A stretch of DNA of 35,317 nt from a virus, in IMG/VR virus record IMGVR_UViG_3300045988_121885, positions 1 to 35,317 of that record; one strand, written 5' to 3'. Below, piece after piece: positions 9,515 to 16,165 of the stretch. Numbering within the stretch: position 1 is the first letter of the stretch; each line of letters begins with the position of its first letter. The position numbers and the translations under genes are program-made. The notes under the pieces were generated by a model. It had not been told where the DNA came from and made no database searches. It saw nothing but the letters and a program-made list of their open reading frames with translations.

Positions 9515-11092
9515 TTATTCGGCAATTTTATCATTGTTCGGGTCAATTTGCTCATTCTGAACATCTTGACTTTCGGAATTGTCCGCATTAGCCACCGCAT
9601 TAAAAGCGTTGTTTTCAGCGGTTTTGCGTTCTTCCTCTTTTTTCTTGTTCACATTATCAATCCATTTTTGAGCGTCAGCACACGGGTCAAGTGACAAGTT
9701 TATATATTTAAGAATAAGTTCCTCGGGCATACCAATGTTATAAAGATTAACGGCACTTTGTGTCTTACTCAAAATATCGTCATTCGGATTGATGTTGTAG
9801 TGTATCTCAATCTGACTTGCGGTCAATTCATTAACTTTTGTTTGCGGTACAGTGTGGCAAACCGCTATAAGCTGTTTAAGTAACTTATAATCGGTCTTTT
9901 CACAGCCTATTATATCGCCTTTAATAATGGTGTAGGCATTTTCCCAACCGCCGCCTAAAAGCCTTGCTTTACCAGTATCACCACCGCTTGAAGTAACGCC
10001 ACTTGCAAGCGGAACGCCCGCTATATCATAAGCCTTTGATACTCTTTGCTCATAGAAGGTATTTATATCCTGTTGACTGAATTGAATGTCAACCGTGCTG
10101 AAATCCGCGGGAGTTTCAGGATTGTTTGTTGAAATGAGAACCGCGCCGCCGGCTATCATTTGGTCTACCGTGTTTTGGTCTGCTTCGACATTCTTAAATA
10201 CATACAATTTGTTGGCGTTATCATAAACACAGTCGGCGCAGTTTGAAACAACCATATTGATAGCATTAAATAGGCTTAAATTAAGTTCTATTATGCCTAT
10301 ACGCTCTTTGTTGAATATATGCTCTATAATCGGCAAATAGCGGTAGCTCTCGGGCTGTGAGTGTATTTCGGGCGTATTCGAACTTACAGTAATGCAATTT
10401 GGGAACGCCACATTGCTATACACGAAAACATTATCCCTTGTATAAACAGTGATTATATATCGTCTTCCGACAGTGTTAAATAACGCATTATCGGTAATAT
10501 CGGCTATGTTTACGCAGAAAAGCTCTATTTCACCGACATATGACGAATATACAACAAAGTTTTCAAGCGGGCTGACACAATGCATAGCAAACGGCGCTTC
10601 GGTATCTTTGTCATAGTCTATCGAATATGTACCGTCCACATTTATAATATCAGTCCTCGGCTGAACAAATGATGTGCCTACTCCATATTTAAACGCGTCC
10701 TTTTTAATTTCCATAAATTCAGTATGAAAACCACTATCGGACAAAAAGCGGTCAAATATGTGCAAATCGTCATTGCAATTATCACTTTTATGCGAAAACT
10801 GCATTTTATCGCCCAACATAAAGTTTACTTTAAAGTCAACCTGCCGTTTTGCGTGATTTTCAACGATTTTACTGTTGTTGTTAGACACATACGGTCTTGT
10901 TTTTGCTAAAATATCCTGCTTACCCTCGTAAACATCAGAATAATATTGCATTTTCTCAATATTATCTTTATGCGCGGCAAGGCATTGATTGAGATAGTTT
11001 TTAAATACTGCAATAGTCTGTTCGGGTGTGCGTATTTCGTCGGGCTTTATCGGAATTTTTATTTTTTTAATACCCTGATATGAAAAGCTCAA
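9515..11092 (-). CDS. Portal protein
   Basis: About 525 aa directly after terL and the Zn-ribbon ORF, with an acidic C-terminus. The likely start is the TTG at 11092-11090, 6 nt after GGAGTG. The ORF-track start at 11146 is a GTG without an RBS. Confidence 0.8.
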   Translation of the reverse strand: MSFSYQGIKKIKIPIKPDEIRTPEQTIAVFKNYLNQCLAAHKDNIEKMQYYSDVYEGKQDILAKTRPYVSNNNSKIVENHAKRQVDFKVNFMLGDKMQFSHKSDNCNDDLHIFDRFLSDSGFHTEFMEIKKDAFKYGVGTSFVQPRTDIINVDGTYSIDYDKDTEAPFAMHCVSPLENFVVYSSYVGEIELFCVNIADITDNALFNTVGRRYIITVYTRDNVFVYSNVAFPNCITVSSNTPEIHSQPESYRYLPIIEHIFNKERIGIIELNLSLFNAINMVVSNCADCVYDNANKLYVFKNVEADQNTVDQMIAGGAVLISTNNPETPADFSTVDIQFSQQDINTFYEQRVSKAYDIAGVPLASGVTSSGGDTGKARLLGGGWENAYTIIKGDIIGCEKTDYKLLKQLIAVCHTVPQTKVNELTASQIEIHYNINPNDDILSKTQSAVNLYNIGMPEELILKYINLSLDPCADAQKWIDNVNKKKEEERKTAENNAFNAVANADNSESQDVQNEQIDPNNDKIAE

Positions 11093-11167
11093 ATTATTCA
11101 CTCCAAAAACAAAAAATGCAAAGCCACAGCTTTTGTGACCTTGCACTTTAATACTTTTAAACCCGTC

Positions 11168-11335
11168 TTAGGGCTTATTTGTCATTTTCTGCACCGAATA
11201 ACTTATTTTTCTCTTGCAGTTCGGGCAAATAATGTTTTGATTGCTATTTTGTATGTTAAAATCTACATCAAATCCATATTTTACATAAACTTTTATAGAT
11301 TTTGTATGGCACATAGGACATTCTTTTACTACCAA
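11168..11335 (-). CDS. Small zinc-ribbon protein (CPMC...CPNC)
   Basis: Two CxxC pairs. The start is set to the in-frame TTG 7 nt after GGGGG, because the listed start overlaps a consensus -10 box. Confidence 0.5.
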   Translation of the reverse strand: MVVKECPMCHTKSIKVYVKYGFDVDFNIQNSNQNIICPNCKRKISYSVQKMTNKP

Positions 11336-11357
11336 AACACTGCCCCCTTTTAATTCT

Positions 11358-11385
11358 ATTATATGCAATGTTGCAAATTTGTCAA
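11358..11385 (-). promoter_or_regulatory. Sigma-A-type promoter TTGACA-16-TATAAT between terL and the Zn-ribbon/portal genes
   Basis: Minus strand: acTTGACAaatttgcaacattgcaTATAATag. Both hexamers match the consensus perfectly. Confidence 0.55.
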
Positions 11386-11393
11386 GTATTTTT

Positions 11394-14300
11394 TTAATTT
11401 GCTCGTCTGCGATTAAGAATTGTGATAGAATTTTGCCGTTTTTTGAAAGATAAATATTTTTGAGCGTACATTGCTATCACATCTATACTATCATCATAGG
11501 CATTGTGCGCCGTATATGAAAACGAGGTAAGGTACTTCATAAACTTGCCAAACTCTGAACCTTGCGCATATATCCCAAATTCCGGGAATACAATAGAAGA
11601 CTTTATGACAGCTTCATTATCATATATTTTATCCTCTTTATGCTTATAGCTATATACTTCCGTAATATTACAATAATCTATACCTCTTTCGTAAAGCATA
11701 CCGCGCAATAGTGTGGCAAGGCTTGTATCAGTGTTGCGCTCTATGTGCAATCGCGTAATGTGGTGCTGCTCTATTTTACGAATTATAGTAGGATATATCT
11801 TTTCCATAGGCTTCATTTCAAATATACAGTCTTTGAGATAATGTTTATCGCCTATGGGCAGACAAATAGCCATTGCTATATAGTTTGCGCCGGTACGCGC
11901 AGGGTCAAGCATAGCCCAACAGCTTTCCTCGTCTTTTTCTTCCTCAATATGTGGTATAGCCTTATATGTTAATAGATTATCATAGCTAAAAGCACAACCC
12001 TCAATAGGCATAGGCTCTTGCATATCCATAGCCATAAAAGTATTATAGTCGGCAAGTCTGTCAGCCCGAGCTTCCTCTGTGGTGTATTTATGCGGATATG
12101 TGCTTTCGTCAGTGTCCCAGTCAAGTTTAGGAACAGACACGAAAACTGCCTTATGCTGAGCATTAAACTTTGTGTATTTATTGATTTTACTCTGTTTAGC
12201 CGTATCACCGCCATATTTGCGCTTTATCGTAGACAGAAAGTCATAAATATGGTAGGTAGTGCCACTGAAAACCTCAAAACTGTTATTATCGTCATATTTT
12301 CGCTTTTTCCACTGGTCTTGATACCGCTCTATATCTTTTTCGTGCATATTGATATTGCCCTTGTCTTTTGACCGTGTAATATCATCGTAAAAGCGATATT
12401 TATATCGTCCACCGTCCACAGGGGTGTCTTTATTTGCCAATAGGAACGATGTGCCTTTAATACTTCCGTGGATAAGCAAGCGTGCCACTTGATTATTGCC
12501 ACCCTCACGCCGAACATCAAATATTTTGTCCTTATCACCCTCAAATTGAGCATAATATGGGAAAACCTTAGCATAATTAGGCTTGCACATATATTTTACC
12601 AATTTTGCGGACATATCGGTTATCAATGAGGGATTTCCAACTATTTTTAATACATCTGCGTTTATATCTATGCCAAATATATAGGATATTAGAACGGTAT
12701 CGGCATAGCTATTATGTGATACTACACCATTTGCAATGAAATTGTGCGTTTCTTCAACTTCAATGTCAACCATATCCGTTAGAGTTTCGTCAAATTCTAT
12801 GCTTTTTATCTTTTGCCATACAAAGTCATTTGAGACAACATCTTTAAGCAAACCTGTTTTTTCTGAAAATTCGTCAATCCATTGTTTTTTAAAAGATGAA
12901 GTTTTCGCCCAAGATTTATTTTTTATTTTCTTCAACTCTTTGCAATGACAAACAACGCTTTTAGGATAGTTTACATTGTTTGAATATGGCGGCATACTCT
13001 TTGAAAACAACCATTCAACTCTGTTTTTCAGATTTTCTTGCTTATGATAACAATAACAGTTTTTGTATAATTTGTTTATGAACTCATCGGGTATTGTAAG
13101 ATTGTAACAATCAAATGTTTTGCCCTCACACTTGCTTTTTCTATGACAATAATAAGAGTATATGCCACAAGTGCTTAAAAGTCTTTGTATGTCTTGTATA
13201 AGCCCCTCGTTAGCAAGCGATATTCCACAAGGGCTTTCACCTTTATTTATCCAACCGTCAGTAGCAAACATTATGCCGATAAATTTATATCTTTGTTTTA
13301 AACTCATTTCAAAAAACTGTTTAGGCAGTCTTTTGGTATAAGACAAATGATTTATAACGCCATAACGGGTAAGAACATCTGCCACTTTGCCATTTGCACT
13401 GTGTATTCTCACTTCGTACGCTTTTGAGGGGTGAGAAACACTATATGTTACGCCCCATTTATCAAGCACCGAAATAAATCTATCCAAAATTTCGTTCTTT
13501 TCTTTGATAAATCTAAATCTTGCCTGTTTGCAATGCCCATCAAAAATCATACAAGTGACAAAAAACAGTTCGTCTTCGTCAATTTCATAGCCATAATTCA
13601 ATGGCGAGCAGATTTCAAAAAGATAATCGCTAATGGTTATATCTTTACACATTTTATAACCTTTGTCGGTGTACAATCTATGCTCGGGACTGCAAATTAT
13701 CTCTTTGCCATTATTAAGCCTAATTTTGATTTGCTTTTTTTCTGTATTCCATTTATTCGTTATTCGCCTTACGACAGGTTTGTTTTCTTTCATAGAATAC
13801 ACAAAATCGCCAATATTAACATTTTTGATAGGTTTATAACCCTGTGTGGTTAAAATAGGCGTATCAGCTTTTAGGCACTTTCCATACCCGACTGGGCATT
13901 GTTTTTCAAGGTATTTCACAGTGCCGTCAAGCACCATTTTATCAGCATAATACCAAAATCCCTTAAAACAATTAAGGTTATATTTCCATACCTTGTCATT
14001 TTCAGGCATACCCCACTCCATATAAAGCGCAAAGTGTTCTATGTTGCGGAAAGCCGACAAAGCGTAAAAATTCTCGTACAATTTGCCGTATTCAGTATAA
14101 TTCTCTTGTAATTTCAGCAGCCGAGCCCTGTTTTCCTCGGTGAATTTCTCTTTTTTGAGTTTATCAGCCAAAACAGCCATTTTTTTCAGTTTATCACGCA
14201 ATGTAGGCAAAACAAATTTGCAGACATACTCAATATGCTTGCGGATTTCGTCCTCGCCCTCGTTATCACGCAACTGTGCCAAATAACCGTGTATCTGCGA

Positions 14301-14429
14301 ATGCATAGTGCGATATAAATTATCGCTGACAGCTAAAACATACTCGTCACTGTCTAAATACTTTGCATTTTTGCGCATTTCGCTAAATGCAACACAGCCT
14401 TCACGAACAATCTCGCCGATATTATCCAT
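11394..14429 (-). CDS. terL: Terminase large subunit precursor (622-aa extein plus 389-aa intein)
   Basis: The Walker A motif PVGYGK|S is split by the intein. Walker-B-like YRFYDDI, and nuclease-type acidic motifs AMLDPARTG and AYDDSIDVIAMY. Lies upstream of portal. RBS GGAGGTG 6 nt before the ATG. Confidence 0.9.
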   Translation of the reverse strand: MDNIGEIVREGCVAFSEMRKNAKYLDSDEYVLAVSDNLYRTMHSQIHGYLAQLRDNEGEDEIRKHIEYVCKFVLPTLRDKLKKMAVLADKLKKEKFTEENRARLLKLQENYTEYGKLYENFYALSAFRNIEHFALYMEWGMPENDKVWKYNLNCFKGFWYYADKMVLDGTVKYLEKQCPVGYGKCLKADTPILTTQGYKPIKNVNIGDFVYSMKENKPVVRRITNKWNTEKKQIKIRLNNGKEIICSPEHRLYTDKGYKMCKDITISDYLFEICSPLNYGYEIDEDELFFVTCMIFDGHCKQARFRFIKEKNEILDRFISVLDKWGVTYSVSHPSKAYEVRIHSANGKVADVLTRYGVINHLSYTKRLPKQFFEMSLKQRYKFIGIMFATDGWINKGESPCGISLANEGLIQDIQRLLSTCGIYSYYCHRKSKCEGKTFDCYNLTIPDEFINKLYKNCYCYHKQENLKNRVEWLFSKSMPPYSNNVNYPKSVVCHCKELKKIKNKSWAKTSSFKKQWIDEFSEKTGLLKDVVSNDFVWQKIKSIEFDETLTDMVDIEVEETHNFIANGVVSHNSYADTVLISYIFGIDINADVLKIVGNPSLITDMSAKLVKYMCKPNYAKVFPYYAQFEGDKDKIFDVRREGGNNQVARLLIHGSIKGTSFLLANKDTPVDGGRYKYRFYDDITRSKDKGNINMHEKDIERYQDQWKKRKYDDNNSFEVFSGTTYHIYDFLSTIKRKYGGDTAKQSKINKYTKFNAQHKAVFVSVPKLDWDTDESTYPHKYTTEEARADRLADYNTFMAMDMQEPMPIEGCAFSYDNLLTYKAIPHIEEEKDEESCWAMLDPARTGANYIAMAICLPIGDKHYLKDCIFEMKPMEKIYPTIIRKIEQHHITRLHIERNTDTSLATLLRGMLYERGIDYCNITEVYSYKHKEDKIYDNEAVIKSSIVFPEFGIYAQGSEFGKFMKYLTSFSYTAHNAYDDSIDVIAMYAQKYLSFKKRQNSITILNRRRAN
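12711..13877 (-). mobile_element. Class-1 intein with nested LAGLIDADG homing endonuclease, inserted in the terL P-loop
   Basis: - Cys1 (codon 13877-13875) follows GYGK.
- Block A CLKADTPILT; block B ICSPEHRLYT.
- LAGLIDADG-type motifs LFFVTCMIFDGHC and YKFIGIMFATDGWI.
- Blocks F/G MVDIEVEETHNFIANGVVSHN, with terminal Asn at codon 12713-12711 and +1 Ser.
- Removing the intein restores GYGKSYADTV. Confidence 0.9.
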
Positions 14430-14455
14430 TCATAGCACCTCCGCCAGTTTTTATT

Positions 14456-14484
14456 ATTATAGCAAATAAGCCAAACAATTTCAA
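14456..14484 (-). promoter_or_regulatory. Promoter P3: TTGAAA-17-TGcTATAAT immediately upstream of terL
   Basis: Minus strand: cacTTGAAAttgtttggcttatttgcTATAATaataaaaactggcGGAGGTGctatgaATG. Confidence 0.65.
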
Positions 14485-14490
14485 GTGTAT

Positions 14491-14534
14491 AAAAAGCGAC
14501 CGCCCAGCAGAGAGGTGTACAACTGCAGGCGGTC
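14491..14534 (-). terminator. Intrinsic terminator T2 (GACCGCC-GCAG / CTGC-GGCGGTC, then a T-tract)
   Basis: Minus strand: GACCGCCtGCAGttgtacacctctCTGCtgGGCGGTCgcTTTTTat. The stem is 7+4 bp. Confidence 0.7.
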
Positions 14535-14593
14535 AAAGAAAGGAGATAATGAAAACGTCTAAACAAAACTTAAATATCAGAGTTTTCAAATAC

Positions 14594-14622
14594 AATATAC
14601 CACATATTTTCTCATTTGTCAA
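14594..14622 (-). promoter_or_regulatory. Promoter P2: TTGACA-17-TGgTATATT
   Basis: Minus strand: ctaTTGACAaatgagaaaatatgtggTATATTgtatt. Confidence 0.6.
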
Positions 14623-14626
14623 TAGC

Positions 14627-14655
14627 AAAAAAGCAACAGCCATAATAGCCATTGC
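14627..14655 (-). terminator. Intrinsic terminator T1 (GCAATGGC / GCTGTTGC, then T6)
   Basis: Minus strand: GCAATGGCtattatgGCTGTTGCTTTTTTgc. The 8-bp stem includes two G-U pairs. Confidence 0.55.
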
Positions 14656-14690
14656 CTTTCCGCTATATCCAAAATTATTACTGTATAGCC

Positions 14691-14719
14691 ATTATATCAT
14701 ATCCATTATTCTTTGTCAA
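14691..14719 (-). promoter_or_regulatory. Promoter P1: TTGACA-17-TGaTATAAT, overlapping the 3' end of the 95-aa gene
   Basis: Minus strand: gagcTTGACAaagaataatggatatgaTATAATggc. Perfect hexamers plus an extended -10. Confidence 0.6.
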
Positions 14720-14993
14720 GCTCTAACAAAAACGCAACATTGCAAGCAATATGATACAAGTGCGGCAAGCCACTATCCTCATCAACCCCGTGTGGCTCTT
14801 TCAGCCATTTGCATATGTGCCGCATTAAAGCCGCTCTGTATCGCTTAGGGTCGACATTCTTATAACTGCCCTCGCCATATTTTTCAGCACCATGTGTCAT
14901 AACAACGCCCACAGCCTCTATTATCTCCGCAGGCACTAAATCCAACCTCGGCTTGCCACCGTCGTGCTTTAATCCGTCTGTAACAACATCCAT
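14706..14993 (-). CDS. Small nucleotide pyrophosphohydrolase-like protein (DUF5664 / dATP-dGTP diphosphohydrolase N-domain-like)
   Basis: Pattern KHDGGKPRLDLVP...GAEKYG...YRAALMRHICKW...DEDSGLPHLYHIACNVAFLLE matches my memory of that phage family. RBS GAGAGGTGG 7 nt upstream. Confidence 0.55.
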   Translation of the reverse strand: MDVVTDGLKHDGGKPRLDLVPAEIIEAVGVVMTHGAEKYGEGSYKNVDPKRYRAALMRHICKWLKEPHGVDEDSGLPHLYHIACNVAFLLELDKE

Positions 14994-15037
14994 TGTAATT
15001 CCACCTCTCTTAAATATCAGCCATAAGCCATACCGCC

Positions 15038-15067
15038 ATTATAGCACCCCGTCCCGGCGCTTGTCAA
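15038..15067 (-). promoter_or_regulatory. Promoter P0: TTGACA-18-TGcTATAAT for the 95-aa gene
   Basis: Minus strand: gggTTGACAagcgccgggacggggtgcTATAATggcgg. Confidence 0.6.
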
Positions 15068-15341
15068 CCCTTGCATAAATTCTGCATTTTTATTCATTTT
15101 CTATGCACAAGCCGGCAAAAAACAACTTTGTAAATTTTTAAAATTCGGGGGGGTAACCCGACCGCTGGCTGACCTTTTCGGAATAGGGTTCGGGGTGGTT
15201 TTCGTTCCGTGAACGCCTTTAAATAAAACGTTTTTGTGTTACAAATACGAACGATAAAGAAACAAACGCACATTTTAAACCCGCTTTATCAATTTAGCAC
15301 TTTATCGTGTTAAAGTTGATAGGTTTACTCCCTTTTATTTT

Positions 15342-15383
15342 TTTATACTTTTCTTTTATTTTTAGTTTATACTTTTCTTTTAT
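15342..15383. repeat. Two 18-bp direct repeats (tttatacttttcttttat) with 24-bp period
   Basis: Copies at 15342-15359 and 15366-15383, read directly, within an AT-rich non-coding stretch. Confidence 0.85.
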
Positions 15384-15414
15384 ATTATACTCATATAAAT
15401 ATTATATACTTGGT

Positions 15415-15448
15415 TATTGTTGTATATAGGCTTATAAAGACAACAATA
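15415..15448. repeat. 9-bp inverted repeat TATTGTTGT / ACAACAATA with 16-bp spacer
   Basis: Arms at 15415-15423 and 15440-15448. Flanking GTTATT/AATAAC extends the symmetry with an offset. Confidence 0.8.
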
Positions 15449-15480
15449 TAATAACACGGTGCAAGGCTTAATATTATGAA

Positions 15481-15492
15481 TAAATAGGCATA
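15481..15492. repeat. Left arm of the 12-bp inverted repeat TAAATAGGCATA bracketing the plus-strand cassette
   Basis: Its exact reverse complement TATGCCTATTTA lies at 17323-17334. Confidence 0.8.
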
Positions 15493-15524
15493 TAAAAATA
15501 TTTATTTGAAGATTAAAATTTTAC

Positions 15525-15553
15525 TTGACAATTATATAATATAGTGATATAAT
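15525..15553 (+). promoter_or_regulatory. Consensus sigma-A promoter TTGACA-17-TGaTATAAT for the plus-strand cassette
   Basis: Plus strand: ttacTTGACAattatataatatagtgaTATAATaaag, with an AT-rich UP-like tract upstream. Confidence 0.75.
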
Positions 15554-15586
15554 AAAGACAACGAAAGGAAAGGAGAAAAAAACAAG

Positions 15587-15703
15587 ATGAAAACGGAAGA
15601 TATTAAAAATTTGTTGCATTTGGTTGTTGAACTTCTAAAACGGTGTAAAACGGTCGACGAAGCTATAAAAGCAATCTGCAACGCTTACGACATCCACGAA
15701 TAA
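15587..15703 (+). CDS. Possible 38-aa leader ORF (MKTEDIKNLLHLVVELLKRCKTVDEAIKAICNAYDIHE)
   Basis: ATG lies 11 nt after AGGAG, which is a long spacing. Two short GC hairpins follow (15714-15745). It is below the ORF-track cut-off and may be a non-coding leader instead. Confidence 0.35.
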   Translation: MKTEDIKNLLHLVVELLKRCKTVDEAIKAICNAYDIHE

Positions 15704-15778
15704 CAAACGCCGAGCCGGGCGGCATAACCCGGCAGCCTTCGGGCTTGTTAATTAAAATAAATAAAAGAGGTTTTAAAA

Positions 15779-16165
15779 ATGAAAACAAACAACAAAAAAG
15801 CGCGCGAGAACATACGCAAATATGTTATTGCAAACTTTACCCCGGAGGGCTACACGGACAACCCGCCGCAGGAGTTCCCCGAAATAGCCCGCTTTATTTT
15901 ATCCACTTTCAGAAATGAAAAATACAGCACCCCGGAAGACTTCCATTATTATCGAAATAACGAGCTTGTAGCGTTCGCGGATTGGTGCGCGGGGCTTTGC
16001 GGTGTTCTCGATACTTGTTATTTTTATAACCGTTACGCCGTTGATGACCTCGGCGCAATTCTTAAAGAAACAGAAGAAGAAAAAGCGCGCTATACAGAAG
16101 AACAAGCCGAAAATACATTAACTTTTTTAATTTATCGCGAGTTAATAAAAGGGGCTACAGAATAA
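15779..16165 (+). CDS. Hypothetical 128-aa protein, first substantial gene of the plus-strand cassette
   Basis: RBS AAGAGG 8 nt upstream. Its stop overlaps the next start (ATAATG). No motif recognised. Confidence 0.7.
   Translation: MKTNNKKARENIRKYVIANFTPEGYTDNPPQEFPEIARFILSTFRNEKYSTPEDFHYYRNNELVAFADWCAGLCGVLDTCYFYNRYAVDDLGAILKETEEEKARYTEEQAENTLTFLIYRELIKGATE

Noticed and set aside
14533-14652. 39-aa hydrophobic peptide ORF on the minus strand (MAIMAVAFLLLTNEKICGILYLKTLIFKFCLDVFIISFL) as a possible type I toxin
   Set aside because: The SD-like GGAAAGG is only 2 nt from the ATG. The ORF would have to read through terminator T1 and promoter P2. T-rich non-coding DNA readily yields Phe/Leu/Ile-rich ORFs. 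It stays only a remote possibility, testable by Ribo-seq.
14662-14689. GCTATA...TATAGC hairpin as a first stem-loop of the P1 transcript (put-RNA-like two-hairpin fold)
   Set aside because: Its 5' arm (14689-14684) lies between the -10 box and the expected start site, so it would probably not be fully transcribed from P1.
14387-14848. Plus-strand 153-aa ORF, including an internal ATG at 14549 preceded by a strong-looking AAAGGAGA
   Set aside because: It runs antisense through the terL start, three minus-strand promoters, two terminators and the well-supported 95-aa gene. Its sequence is low-complexity and hydrophobic. The RBS-like string is better explained as the complement of the anti-SD-like CUCCUUUCU in the minus-strand transcript.
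15141-15235. tRNA or tmRNA-like gene in the GC-rich island, and tRNA genes elsewhere in intergenic regions
   Set aside because: I could not fold a cloverleaf: there is no 7-bp acceptor stem, no GTTCRANYC T-loop in a 5-bp stem, and no anticodon arm. A tRNAscan-SE or ARAGORN run would settle this.
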